Origin: Azolla caroliniana
Lineage: Eukaryota; Plantae; Polypodiophyta
Length of the DNA stretch: 64,000 nt
NCBI GenBank assembly: GCA_043228905.1
Contig: JBHGNT010000017.1
Location: forward strand, 9,734,001-9,798,000
Direction of reading: 5' to 3'
The notes under the pieces were generated by a model, which saw only the letters and a program-made list of their open reading frames with translations, was not told the DNA's origin and did not search any database. Position numbers and translations under genes: made by a program. Positions 38,587 through 51,470 of the stretch are shown piece by piece; position 1 is the first letter of the stretch, and the number at the start of each line of letters is the position of its first letter.

Positions 38587-41500
38587 ACGATCAGAAACTG
38601 TCATACGCAGGTACTCAACACAATCGAATGCTATCAGATCTTCCGCATCGACACGGCCTTGTCTCCAACATCTGGTATCAGAGCCTGCACAGTATTCGGT
38701 CCTTCAATCCGCTGTCGGCCGTCGTCTCAGCCTGCACAGCATTCGGTTTCCTGCGTCATTCGAAGAAGAGAGAAGAAGAAGAAAAACGAGGCTTGCATCT
38801 CATCGCGTTAGATCATCTTCGCTTGGAGTAAGCCAGCAGGTTGTACTCTGTTCCTTGTGATCGTAACCGCTCGAGGTGAAATCCCCTTGTGCAACATTGA
38901 CACGATCGTGCTCCACTCGGTTAAACGGCATCGGAAGAGGTCATCAAACGCTGCTCGCCGCTCATTGTAACCACTCGGTGCAGATCGGTCTCAAGACAAC
39001 AACCCCAATTCGTGCTTCATCCGGCTGATCGACATTCGAGAGGATCAGTTGGATCCGTCTCTCTCGTCGCTGCAGTCAATCGAAGCAGAATCGGTCCAGA
39101 TAATCGGTTTCAATAATCGGTATTTGGCATATATATTTGGAAGCGAACCGGGCTCACTCCGACTCGGCAACATTCGGGAAGACCAGTCGGTTCTGTCCCT
39201 CAAATTACCGGAGTCAATTCGAGCAAGTTCAACAACACATATATCCGAAGCCGAACCGACTCGGGTTCAAATCCGACTAGAACGATATCGGGTGAGCCAA
39301 CCAGCTGCACTCCAACAAAGTTCGTAGTCAACTCCGAACCGAGCTTCGTCAACCGAAACCAAATTTGATGGCATCAACATTCGGCTCGTCAGAAATGAGT
39401 CTACGAAAGTTCGATGGATCGAACTTCAACTTCTGGAAGGAGCAAATGCAGGACTATCTCATAGTCAAGGGGCAAATCGATCCCATCGAAAATGAAGAGC
39501 CTCCAGAAGGATACAAACCAATTGAGTGGCAGAAGCTGGACAGAATCGTCCGCGCCACGATTCGGATGCACCTATCGGAATCGGTATACTTTACGGTGCA
39601 ATCGTGTACGACAGCATTCGAACTGTGGAAAACACTGTCGGACACCTACGAAAAGAAGGTCGCTGCAACGAAGATGTTTCTTATTCGGCGCCTCTACAAC
39701 TTGCGGATGAAAGAATCCGATTCGGTTCAAGCACATCTAAATGAGTACGAAAGCATAAGCTCCCAAATCTCATCTCAGGGGACGGCAATCGAGGATGAAC
39801 TCAGAGCAATGATACTCATGAGCAGCCTTCCCTCATCATGGGAAACTTTCGTCACAACTGTGTGCAACGCGTCAACCACGGCTGTTAAATACTCCGAAGT
39901 CACGAGCGCAATCTTGACCGAAGCAGCTCGGAGAAAGTCTTTCGCCAAAGACTCAACAGACGACGCTTATGTAGTACAAGGTTCGACAGACCGATCGAAC
40001 ATACGAGGAAGAGATTCCTCACGGCAGCCGAACAATCAGCGAAGACGGAGCCAGTCACGGGATAATCGAATCTGCAACTATTGCAAGAAACCCGGACACA
40101 TCAAAGCCGACTGCCGCGCACTCAAGAACAAGAACGACAAGTCTCAAAAATCCGACAAGAAGAGTGGCCGGCATGAGGAGATCAATTACGTCAGCTTCTC
40201 AGCTGATGTGCTACCAAACGACCCGAATATACTATCAATCGAAAATCCAGTCGGATCAGAAGTTCTGCTCACGACTGAAGAATCGAGCACATGGCTCTTA
40301 GATTCGGGCGCGTCATTTCACGTGACTCCTCATCGATCCCAATTTCGGCAATATACGATCCGTCACTCCGACTCAGTTCGAGTCGGCAACTCACAACACT
40401 GTGACATCATTGGAATCGGCACAGTAGAGCTCAACCTTGCAGGTGGCTCTACACTTGTACTTCACAATGTCCGACATGTACCCGAGCTCTCAAGGCCATT
40501 GATCTCAGTCGGACAACTAGATGAAGACGGCATTCGTGCCGGTTTTTCTTCGGGAGGGTGGACACTCCACAGGGGGAACCTCCTGCTTGCTAGAGGACCC
40601 AAGATACACTGACTGTATCCGTTACATGTTACGCTCAGAGAGGGTAACCTGTTTTTGGTGGATATTCCTGTGTCATCACTATGGCACAGAAGATTAGGAC
40701 ACCTCAGCAAGGCCGGCATTACGCACCTATCTAGAGCCGGATACATCCCTAAACTCTCATTCTCCGACCATCAATTCTGCGAACATTGCCAGTATGGCAA
40801 ACAAGCAGCCGCATCACACCCGACATCAGCACCAAGAGAAACGAGACCTCTCGATCTAGTCCACTCGGACGTCTGTGGCCCAATGCCGCATCAGTCTCTT
40901 GGCGGTGCCTCTTACTTCGTCAGTTTTATTGACGATTCAACTCGAAAGGTGTGGGCTTATCCAATTCGCACCAAAGATCGTGTCTTCTCGATCTTCTCCG
41001 ATTGGCTCGCTATGGTAGAAAATCAAACTGACCGAAAACTGAAATGCTTTCGGACCGACAATGGGGGAGAGTTCAAATCAGAAGAATTCGTCAAATTCTG
41101 CCGACAACGCGGCATCCGACATGAATTTACGGCACCACACAGTCCGGAGCAAAACGGGATTGCAGAACGCATGAATCGGACAATCCAAGAACGGATAGTT
41201 TCCATGCTCCAACACTCCAGACTGTCGGATGGCTTCTGGGCAGAGGCTCTACTCACGGCAGTACACATAATCAATATGTCGCCAAGTAGACCTCTAGGAC
41301 TTCAAATTCCTCAAGAACTATGGATCGGCAGTAAGCCGAATTACGACAAGCTGAGGATCTTCGGATGCGAGGCGTACGCCCTTATTCCGAAAGATGATCG
41401 CCGAAAACTTGCACCTCGGTCCAGGAAATGCATTTTCCTTGGATATGGATCAGATGGCGAAATGGGATACCGACTCTGGGACCCTGAACGCAGACAAATC

Positions 41501-43777
41501 GTTCGAAGTTCGGACGTTGTGTTCAACGAGTCGGCTATGAATCCATCAGTCGAAAAACCGATCGAAGTCCGAAGGGTAACATTTTCCGATGTGCCGACCC
41601 TTCAAGAAGGCCCCGCTCTTAACACACGGTCAGCTTCACGGGTAGCTGAACCTTACACTACCGACTCGGACAACTCCGACTCGGCACAGCCGAATGATTC
41701 GCTTTCGGACCATCCGACCTCGATACCCGATGCGACCAGTCCAATCATACCTCGACGATCCGAGAGACTGTCGCAACCTCCGGAGAGGTATTCTCCTGGA
41801 ATTTTCTTCACCGACGCTGGCGAACCGACGTCTTACGAAGAAGCATCGACATCTGTCGATTCAGCCACCTGGCATCTGGCGATGGAGTCGGAAATGCACT
41901 CCATTCGGGCAAACAAGACTTGGGATCTGGTCGAACTACCTAAGAATCGACGTGCTCTTCCTTGCAAGTGGGTTTATCGACTAAAAGAGACGTCTGATTC
42001 GACCACCCCAAAGTACAAGGCCAGATTAGTTGCGAAGGGCTTCCGACAAGAATATGGCGTCGACTTCGACGAGATTTTTTCACCAGTGGTGAAAATGACA
42101 ACCCTTCGTTTTCTACTCGGCGTAGTGGCAGCCGACAACTTGGAGCTGATTCAGCTAGATGTCAAAACAACCTTTCTCCATGGTGATCTTGAAGAGGAAA
42201 TTTATATGGAGCAGCCAAAAGGCTTCGTGGCAACTGGCCAAGAACATCTAGTCTGCCGACTCAGGAAGAGTCTATACGGCCTCAAACAGGCACCGCGACA
42301 ATGGTACAAGAAGTTCGACGACTTTATCCAATCGATCGGCTTCTTAAAAAGCGATGAGGACCATTGTTTTTTTACCAACACAGCTCAAGATGGATCACCC
42401 ATCTTCCTCATCATCTACGTGGACGACATGCTAATTTCTGGACGCCACGCGGGCGAACTTGCCGATCTCATTCGGCAACTGCGGTTGAAGTTTGCCATGA
42501 AGGACCTCGGTCCGGCACGACACATACTCGGCATGAAGATTAGTCGGCATCGCGACAAACGACATCTTTTTTTGTCTCAGACCGACTATATCGGACGTGT
42601 CTTGGAACGCTTCAACATGCAATCAGCCAAATCTGCTTCAACCCCGCTCCCAATGAATCTTCGGCTCTCTCAGCGAGACTGCCCGACATCCGGTCCGGAG
42701 GGGGAAGATATGAAGTCGGTACCGTATGCACCGGCAGTCGGCTCCCTTATGTACCTGATGGTCGCGACACGGCCTGATATCTCTCATGCCGTAGGAGTCG
42801 TTAGCAGATTTATGCACAATCCTGGCCGATCGCATTGGAACGCAGTCAAGCATGTGTTCAAATATCTGGCTGGCACAAAAGATCACGGCATTCTTTTCGG
42901 TCCGAACTCAACCTCAGGCGTAGTCAGTTACACCGACTCGGACTTCGCCGGCTGTATAGACAGTCGGAAATCAACAACCGGATACTGCTTCAAATTCGGC
43001 AATGGAGCAATTTCGTGGAAGTCGAAACTTCAGGAGTGCACAACGACCTCAACGACCGAAGCAGAATATGTAGCTGCGTCCGACGCTGCAAAAGAAGCTT
43101 TGTGGCTCGGCCGGCTGGCGCACACGTTTCGGCAAGTCGACCATGGATCGGCTCCAGTTGTCTATAGCGACAGTCAAGGTGTTGTTGCCTTGTCGAGAAA
43201 TCCGGTTCACCACAACGCCTCCAAACATATCGACGTTCGATATCACTTCGTTCGGGACTGCGTCATTTCAGGGAAAATCGGTCTAGAGAAATTATCCACA
43301 ACCGACAATGTCGCAGATGGAATGACCAAGTGCCTTTCGGCAGACCGCTTTCGGTCCCTTCGGCATCAAATGGGCGTAACGACAAACCAGTCCGGTTAGA
43401 GCCGGACACAGCGCAGGATGGTTTCAGACAACCGACATCAGTTCCTTAATGATCGGCTTCAACTCTTCCGACCCGACCAGTTCGGTCTTCTGCCTTCGGA
43501 CCCTGCCGACTCGAACAAAACTGATATGTCCGAGAACCTAGGTTTATACCTGTAATCTTAGATAACCCATGTATACGCCCATTACGGGGGAGTGTCGAAT
43601 ACAAGTGTATAATGGACGTATTCACACTATCCCTTTGTATAGATCAAGTTTGGGCCATTTGTGTAATTAGCATAAATGGTAGTTGCCCTAAGTCGGTCAC
43701 TATATATAGTGACCTTGTAACCTTTTTGGAAGGTTGGTTGTTGTATTATTGTTTCTATTGAATAGAAAGTCTTTTGC

Positions 43778-43815
<38 letters not shown>

Positions 43816-43899
43816 ACGATCAGAAACTGTCATACGCAGGTACTCAACACAATCAAATGCTATCAGACCTTCCGCATCGACACGGCCTTGTCTCCAACA
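38366..43899 (+). mobile_element. Ty1/copia element G, full length, very young
   Basis: LTRs 38366-38670 and 43593-43899 (two substitutions plus one CT unit); TSD TCGGG; PBS TGGTATCAGAGCC at 38673; PPT before 43593. Confidence 0.97.
39368..43399 (+). pseudogene. gag-pol: gag-pol polyprotein of copia G with a single in-frame TGA at 40610-40612
   Basis: ORFs 39365-40612 and 40655-43399 are in the same frame; all copia motifs present (CCHC, LLDSGAS, HSDV/RTDNGGEF/AERMNR, YVDDML, RNase H). Confidence 0.95.
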
Positions 43900-44267
43900 T
43901 CGGGGTAGCTCGTCTCGATAATGGATTTTGGAATGTACTTGGCAACTCTCGCATGTCGACACGAAATGGCGTTTTGCATCCTTTTACATCCATGACCACT
44001 AGTACTTCTCCTTCAGCTTCTCGAACGTTTCCCATGTTCCTCGGTGTTCAAACCAAGGGCTCTTTTGGAACTCCGATAGTAGCACCGTCTTCTCTTCTCT
44101 CTGGATATTTTACGTGGAAAACCCTAAATGGGAAAAACCACGGGAGTCCTCAAACTCCAACTATCACTATGAACAGGGATGTACACTGGTGAAGCTACAA
44201 GGCAACAACCTTGAGCTCACTGTCTTCGCCACAGGCGGCGGTAATACACAGAGGCAATGACCTCTTC

Positions 44268-44300
<33 letters not shown>

Positions 44301-44467
44301 CTGCTCTCACTTCGCATAAAAATGAGCAACAACATAAACTGTTTGCCCTAAGTCATATTTATACACATATGACTTTCGGGCTATTTACAAATATAGCCTC
44401 AAGGGCTCTTGGCAAACATATTCATAAATATGTCCCCGCATCCGGATCTCTCTCCGGGTACATTCGT

Positions 44468-44568
44468 CATCCGGCTCCGTAACCGGGGTCTTCAGCATCC
44501 GGCTCCGTAACCGGGGTCTTCATCATCCGGCTCCGTAGCCGGGGTCTTCATCATCCGGCTCCGTAACC
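44468..44568. repeat. 28-bp tandem repeat (~3.6 copies) in U3 of H LTRs (also ~49056-49157)
   Basis: Unit CATCCGGCTCCGTARCCGGGGTCTTCAK. Confidence 0.9.
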
Positions 44569-44640
44569 GCAACCGGGCTTGCCGTCATTTATCTCCGGAC
44601 ATCCCATCCGGAGGGACCGAAATCCCAACAAACTCCCCCT

Positions 44641-47600
44641 TCACTTCGGCATGGGATGTCTCTCCAATCCGATCCTCTTCCGGCATGCTTCCAGCTTGTC
44701 GGGTGTGAGCACTTTGGTCAGCATATCTGAGCCGTTCTCGTCCGTGTGGATCTTCGTCAGCACGAACTCCTGGTCTTCTATCCTTTCCCGGATCCAGTGA
44801 TATCTTCGCTGGATGTGCTTCGTCCGGGAGTGATAGGCCGCGTTCTTCGCAAGGTGGATGGCACTCTGACTGTCGCAGTAGAGTCGGTACTCCTCCTGCC
44901 GGATACCGAGCTCTCTAATGAAGTCCTTCATCCATATCATTTCCTTGCCGGCTTCAACAGCCGCCATGTACTCCGCCTCCATGGTTGACAACGCAACCGT
45001 CTTCTGCAGCCTCGACTGCCACGAAACAGCTCCCCCTGCATACGTCATCACATAACCTGATGTGGACCGGCTGGTGTCTGCATCAGCCGACATATCCGAA
45101 TCGGTAAAGCCGTCGAGTTCGGGCTTACCGGAGCCGAATCGGAGGCACACGTTTGCCGTGCCCTTTAGGTATCGGAGTATCCACTTGACCGCGTTCCAGT
45201 GCTCCTTGCCGGGATTGCTCATGTACCGGCTCACCACTCCGACTGCGTATCCTATGTCCGGTCTTGTACACACCATTGCGTACATCAAGCTTCCGACGGC
45301 AGAGGCATATGGTACTTTCATCATGTCCTCTTTCTCAGCCTTTGTCTTGGGGCTTTGCTTGCTGGACAACTTGCAGTTTGCTGGGAGAGTTGATCCGACC
45401 GGTCTTGCTTCCGACATGTTGAACCGGTGAAGCACCTTTGTTACGTACTTCTCCTGTGACAGCCACAACTGCTTCTTCTTCCGGTCTCGGATGATGTGCA
45501 TCCCTAGTATTTGCTTCGCCGGACCCAGGTCCTTCATTGAGAAGGTTCGGTGAAGTGCTTTCTTCAGCATCCGTATCTTGCCCTGGTCCCGTCCGACGAT
45601 CAACATGTCGTCCACGTAGAGGAGGAGTATTAGAGAGTCTCCTCCTTCGAACTTCTTCACAAACACGCAGTGATCGGACTGCGTTTTGTGGTACCCTTCG
45701 TCGGTCATGAAGGAGTCGAACTTCCGGTACCATTGCCGGGGAGCCTGCTTCAGTCCGTAAAGGCTCTTCTTCAACCGGCATACCAGGTGCTCCTTCCCTT
45801 TCTTCTCGAATCCTTCCGGTTGCTGCATGTAGATCTCTTCTTCGAGGTCACCGTGAAGGAATGCCGTCTTCACGTCCATCTGTTCTACCTCGAGGTCCAT
45901 GCTTGCCGCTATGCTCAGCACCGTCCGGATGGAGGTCATCTTCACTACCGGGGCAAATATCTCGTCGAAGTCGACGCCCTTCTTCTGCTGGAACCCCTTC
46001 ACCACGATCCTGGCTTTGTATCTCGGGGGGTTTCCGGCATCTCCCGGTTTCAGCTTGAACACCCACTTGTTTCGAAGTGCCCGCTTTCCTTTCGGCAACT
46101 CCACAAGTTCATATGTGTGGTTCTCATGCAGGGAATCCATCTCCTCCTGCATGACACTTAACCACCTGCGGCTATGGGTGTCAAGCTTTGCTTCTTCAAA
46201 ACTCTCCGGCTCCCCCTCGTCGGTTAGCAGCACGTGCTCTGTTTCCGGAAATCTCCGGGGGGGCCTTCTCTCTCTTAGAGGGTATCTCCGTTCCGGAGCT
46301 TCGGTAACCGGCTGCTCCGTTTCCTCTTCATCCGAATCCATTTCGGGATCGGGGCCGGTTCCGGTATCAGTTTCATCTTCCTTGGCCGGTTCTGTTTCTT
46401 CACTGTCTTCGGCCGGATCCTCGAGTGCTAACCGGTCCCTTGCCGGTCGGGACTGCTCCTCGTAGAGTTTATCCTCACCGGTCGACTTGGAGCTCTTCAT
46501 CTTCTTCTCCGACTCCCAGTCGGCGAGTGTCTTGTCCTCCATGAAGATGATATCTCGACTCCTGAATATCTTCTTGTCGACCGGGTCCCATACTCGGTAG
46601 CCGAACTCGTCGTCGCGGTAACCGAGGAATATGCATGGCCGGGTCTTTGGATCTAACTTTCCTCTCCGGTCCTTTGCCACATGCACGTATGCGAGACACC
46701 CGAACACCTTCAGATGCCGGTAGGACACTTCCTTACCGGTCCACACTTTCTGCGGCGTGTCTCCGTCCAAAGGTACTGAGGGTGATCTATTTATCACATA
46801 CGTCGCCGTCGACATTGCCTCAGCCCAAAATCCCTTGGGTAATTTCGCATGCGCCAGCATACTCCGGACCCTCTCCATTATGGTCCGGTTCATCCTCTCG
46901 GCAAGCCCGTTCAGTTCCGGCGTCTTCGGCACAGTAAACTCGAGCCGGATTCCCTTCGAGCGACAGTACTCCTGGAACTGCCCCCGGTATTCCCCTCCGT
47001 TATCCGCTCGTATCGCTTTCAGCTTCTTGCCGGATTCCCTTTCCACTCTCGCGTGGAGTTCTTTGAAGACGCACAACACATGGTCCTTTGTCTTCAACGG
47101 TGCCGTCCACAGCTTCCGGCTGTGGTCATCAATGAATGTCACGAAGTACTGGGCTCCGCCATGTGACTTCGTTTCTACTTGACACACGTCAGTGTGCACC
47201 AGCTCCAATGGTGCGCTACGTCTCGTCGGTGGCCTTGAGTGGAAGGAGGTCCGGTTTTGCTTACCGGCCAGGCAGTCGGTGCACTTCTCCAGGTGCACAT
47301 GCTTCACTGGAATAAGGTTGTCTTCTACAAGCCTCTTCATCCCCTTCTCACTCATGTGGCACAGTCTCTTGTGCCACAGCTCACCGGCAGTGTTGGCTGC
47401 CACGTTCAGCTCCTCCGGACATAGCCGGGAATTCATCAGGTACAGTGTGTTGACCTTCCGGGCCCGAGCCACTATCAGGCTCCCCTTGCTGAACTTCATG
47501 ACACCGTTCCGGATGCTACCCGTGTAGCCTTCATCATCTAGCCTCCCGGCCGAGATCAGGTTCAATCGGACCTCCGGAACGTGTCGCACATCCTTCAGCA

Positions 47601-47764
47601 GCATCTTGCATCCGGTTGATGTCATCAGCCACACGTCTCCTATGCCGGCAATCCGGCATGTGCCTTCATTTCCCATCTGGACACAGCCATGCTCACCGGC
47701 TGTGTAGGATGAGAAGTATTTCTTCTCCGGGGTCAGGTGGAACGACACTCCGGAATCGACCACC
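44641..47764 (-). CDS. pol: pol of copia H (protease-integrase-RT-RNase H), uninterrupted but out of frame with gag
   Basis: Part of the 1069-aa ORF from VVDSGVSFH to the stop beside the PPT; catalytic motifs present. Confidence 0.88.
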
Positions 47765-48556
47765 CGGTGACTTCTTCGAATCGGTGTCGTCGGCTCCGTT
47801 GTCCTTTCGGTAATGCCGACAATTCTTCCGGAAGTGCCCCGGCTTCCCACAGTGGAAGCATGTGGGCCTTCCTCTTGACTGCGACCGGGTCCCCGACTTC
47901 TCCCGTCTTTGCGGACTCCGGTTCCATTGTCTTCCCCGATCCGATTCGGTAAGCAGCATCTTCGGATCGGAAACCGGTTCTTTATCTCTCCGACGCGCTT
48001 CTTCGTTCAAAATGCTTGTCTTTACCGTTTGTAGAGACAAGTTATCTTCGGTGCAGGAGGTGCTGAGAGTCACCACCAAGTTCTCCCAGATTTCCGGCAA
48101 TGTAAACATCAGAATGATGGCTTGCATTGCATCCTCCAACGGGAACTTGATCGCCGCAAGCTGGTTCACGAATCCCATGAACGTGCTCACGTGTTCCACC
48201 ATATTCTCGCCGTCCCGGTACTTGAGGTTCACTATCTTCCTCATCAGGGAGGTCCGGTTCAACGCATTCTTCCTCTCGTAGAGGCCCGACAGCTTCTTCC
48301 ACATCTCATATGCGTTGGTGTCGTTCGCCACATGTTGTAGGACGCTTACATCGACATATTGGCGGATCGTCGCTACGGCTCTCCGGTTCAGGAGCTTCCA
48401 CTCCGACTCTATTACTCCCTTGGGTATCTCGGCATTGTCGATCGGTTCGTACAGGTCTCGAACGATGAGAAGGTCTTCCATCTTTATCTTCCAGTCGGCG
48501 TAGTTCTGTGAGTTCAACACCATCATGCCCAGAGGCCCACTACCGCCGCCTTCCAT
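47765..48556 (-). CDS. gag: gag of copia H
   Basis: MEGGGSGPLGMMVLNSQNYADWKIKMEDLL...; CFHCGKPGHFRKNC knuckle; joined to pol by an internal deletion of roughly 130 bp relative to C. Confidence 0.88.
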
Positions 48557-48851
48557 TTTCTGTGTTACCGTCGCTCTGATACCACTTTGTTGAAAAACAG
48601 TGCTCGGCCACAACCGAGGAATAGGATCAACTCACAGAAAACGGGAAATACAAAGTGCACGAGGACAATAGAGAGAAAGGTACACTGGATATTTTACGTG
48701 GAAAACCCTAAATGGGAAAAACCACGGGAGTCCTCAAACTCCAACTATCACTATGAACAGGGATGTACACTGGTGAAGCTACAAGGCAACAACCTTGAGC
48801 TCACTGTCTTCGCCACAGGCGGCGGTAATACACAGAGGCAACGACCTCTTC

Positions 48852-48888
<37 letters not shown>

Positions 48889-49218
48889 CTGCTCTCACTT
48901 CGCATAAAAATGAGCAACAACATAAACTGTTTGCCCTAAGTCATATTTATACACATATGACTTTCGGGCTATTTACAAATATAGCCTGAAGGGCTCTTGG
49001 CAAACATATTCACAAATATGTCCCCGCATCCGGATCTCTCTCCGGGTACATTCTTCATCCGGCTCCGTAACCGGGGTCTTCAGCATCCGGCTCCGTAACC
49101 GGGGTCTTCATCATCCGGCTCCGTAGCCGGGGTCTTCATCATCCGGCTCCGTAACCGCAACCGGGCTTGCCGTCATTTATCTCCGGACATCCCATCCGGA
49201 GGGACCGAAATCCCAACA

Positions 49219-51415
49219 GGCATATGCTTCTCGTTCATCATGGACTGCGCTACTTCAAGGATGTACCGATTTTTGCACTCGGCTACTCCGTTTTGTTGCG
49301 GAGTGTGTCGGCAAGTGAATTCTCGCCGAATTCCTTCCTTTCAGAGATACGCCGTGAAATCGTCCGACAAGTACTCCTTGCCGCCATCCGATCGAAGGCA
49401 TCGTACATGTCAACCCGTGGCTTTCTAAACTTCATTCTTGAAATTTTGGAAGTGTCCGAACACTTCGCTCTTTTGCCGCATCGGGTAGATCCAAGTGTGC
49501 CTAGAGAAGTTGTCGATGAAGAGCACGTAATATCGGCATCCGCCGAATGTAGCCGTCTGCGCCGGTCCCCATACGTCGGAATGGACTACGTCGAGTAGAC
49601 CTTTGCTCACGTTTCGCTCTTTCGGGAATGGGTGTTGGTGTTGCTTGCCGAATTGGCACGCTTCGCATACACCTTCAATCTCCTTCTCTTTGAATGTCGG
49701 GATTCCGATGACGACTCCTTTTGATTTCATTGCTTTGAGTTTGTTGAGATTGATGTGGCCGATTCGCTTGTGCCATAGCTCTATGTCGGAGTCGGCTTTC
49801 GTGTTTTTCGTGAACATGGCGGATTTCATCTCACGTGAATCGAGAATGAACATCCAACCCTCTCTTCGTCCGCGTGCGATGAGTCGGCCCTCTTTTTCGA
49901 TGAAGCAACCGCCTTGATTAAATCGAACTTGCATCCCTTGCTCTACAATTTGGCCGACGAAGACCAAATTCTTCGTAATGGTCGGTACATGCAAGACATT
50001 TTTAATGTAATTTTGCTTACCTTCTTTTCTGAACGGAACATTGCCAATGTGCTGAATCAGGTGCGTAGTGTCGTCTCCGGTTTCGACATAGCTGGGTTGG
50101 TCCGGCTCTCGAAGTTCTCGGAACCATTCTTGATGCGATGTCATATGGTTCGAGGCACCGGAATTGACGAACCATACGTCTTCCGGACTGGAGGCACTAG
50201 TTGAGGTAGCGGTTGACATAGAGTTTGCTCTATGTTTCATCATGAACATTCCGCCACGGTCGGAGTTGTGCGCATACATTCTGCCACGATCTTCGTAGTC
50301 GGAGTTGTGTGCGTAATTCGTGAGTTGTCGGCTTGTGGAAGCCGATTCACGCATCTTCTTTCAGCACTCTTCTTCATTGTGGCTGAGCTTTCCACAATAT
50401 CCGCATTCGGTTGCGTTTTGACGGCTCGGGCCGGAGTGGAAGCTCCCCCTTCTTGCGAAGGTTCCTTGTTGGCCTCTGTTTTGCGGCCGAAATTGGGAGT
50501 TGTTGTCATAGGTCGGACCTCGTCTGCCTTGTCCTTGGCCGAATCGGCCTCTCGCTCGTCCGCGTCCTCTTCCTCCATTAGAGTGTGTGTAGAGCATGTG
50601 GCCTTCCGACTCATTGCTCCTTGTACGCACGTGGTTTTCTTCGACCAATAGCATTGATTGGAGGTCGAAGAAGGAGGGAGATTTCTCCCGTGCTAGAACG
50701 GCGGTTCGCATTGCGCCGAACCGTGGTGCGAGGCCGCCGAGGCATATTTGCACCATCTCATCATCATCTATACTTACGCTTATTGAGCCGAGCGAGTTGC
50801 AAAGCTCCTTGATCTTCAAGGTGTATGTTGTGATGGACATGTCCCTTTGTTGAATGTTGTTCAACTCTTGGCGGAGTTGAAGCTTCATCGCGGTCGTGTT
50901 GGTGGCGAAAATCTTTCGTAGATTTTCCCACGCTTCCTTCAGCATCTTGGCTTCTCGATTGTAACCGAGCATGTGGTCGTGAACACATGTCGCCAAAAAA
51001 TACATCATGCGGCTTGCGGCTTGCTCCCATGTTGCGTATCCGGGAGCTGCTTCGGCGGGTCGGTCTTCATGCGCTCCTTTGATGTAGCTCCAATAGCCTT
51101 TGTCCGACAAGGTATTGGTGCATCTTGTACTCCCAAGATGCGAAGTTGTTTCGATCCAACTTCTCGGTAGGGAGAGCGCTCCCCATTTGAGTATTCATTA
51201 TGTCGATTCTTCTTCTTCTTCTTCTCTCTTCGAATGCGAGCTATGTAGCGAAGCTACGATAGCTATGAGCCGGTTCTTGGTCGTCGGCGTAGAGCACAAA
51301 ACACGATCACGATGAGGCGAATGGGCTAGATCGAGCTACCAAATCACTCTGATACCATGTAAAGAATCAAGAGATGGATTCTTGTGAAGCGGAAGAGAGG
51401 TGAGTTATGTGTGTG

Positions 51416-51470
<55 letters not shown>

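Larger units (their letters stand above)
31648..44100 (-). mobile_element. Ty3/gypsy element E remnant (D-like): 3' LTR ~31648-31898, PPT, integrase in three pieces (31972-32748, 38158-38365, 43900-44100)
   Basis: Same PPT/LTR junction as D (GGTTTGGTGGGGGTGGATGTCGTGAAG); integrase collinear with D (RFDRTHRLRPKK, YHLAELEG, EHRGTWETFEKLKEKY). The left LTR boundary is uncertain. Confidence 0.85.
44101..49218 (-). mobile_element. Ty1/copia element H (C family), young, 3' LTR truncated
   Basis: 5' LTR 48588-49218; 3' LTR 44101-44630 lacks 97 bp; PBS at 48573-48584; PPT at 44633-44643. Confidence 0.95.

Noticed and set aside
39049-39327. Conserved upstream ORF in the F/G leader
   Set aside because: TTG start and a frameshifting 4-nt indel between F and G; the similarity follows from nucleotide identity.
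40610-40612. Programmed stop-codon readthrough in G
   Set aside because: Sisters F and B have TCA (Ser) at this position, so it is a point mutation.
44045-44100. Apparent filler DNA or new LTR starting TGTTCAAACC
   Set aside because: It translates on the minus strand as continuing integrase of E, collinear with D.
44468-44568. 28-bp repeats as a CRISPR-like array
   Set aside because: They are head-to-tail repeats without unique spacers, inside LTR U3, in eukaryotic DNA.
45062-47527. Many antisense and alternative-frame ORFs over pol regions
   Set aside because: These are shadow ORFs expected from GC-rich coding sequence; their recurrence reflects homologous pol copies.
47755-47775. gag/pol frame offset in H as a programmed frameshift or a spliced-out intron
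   Set aside because: Comparison with C shows a deletion of roughly 130 bp that also removes the conserved Trp before the protease motif; no AG acceptor at the junction and no slippery site.
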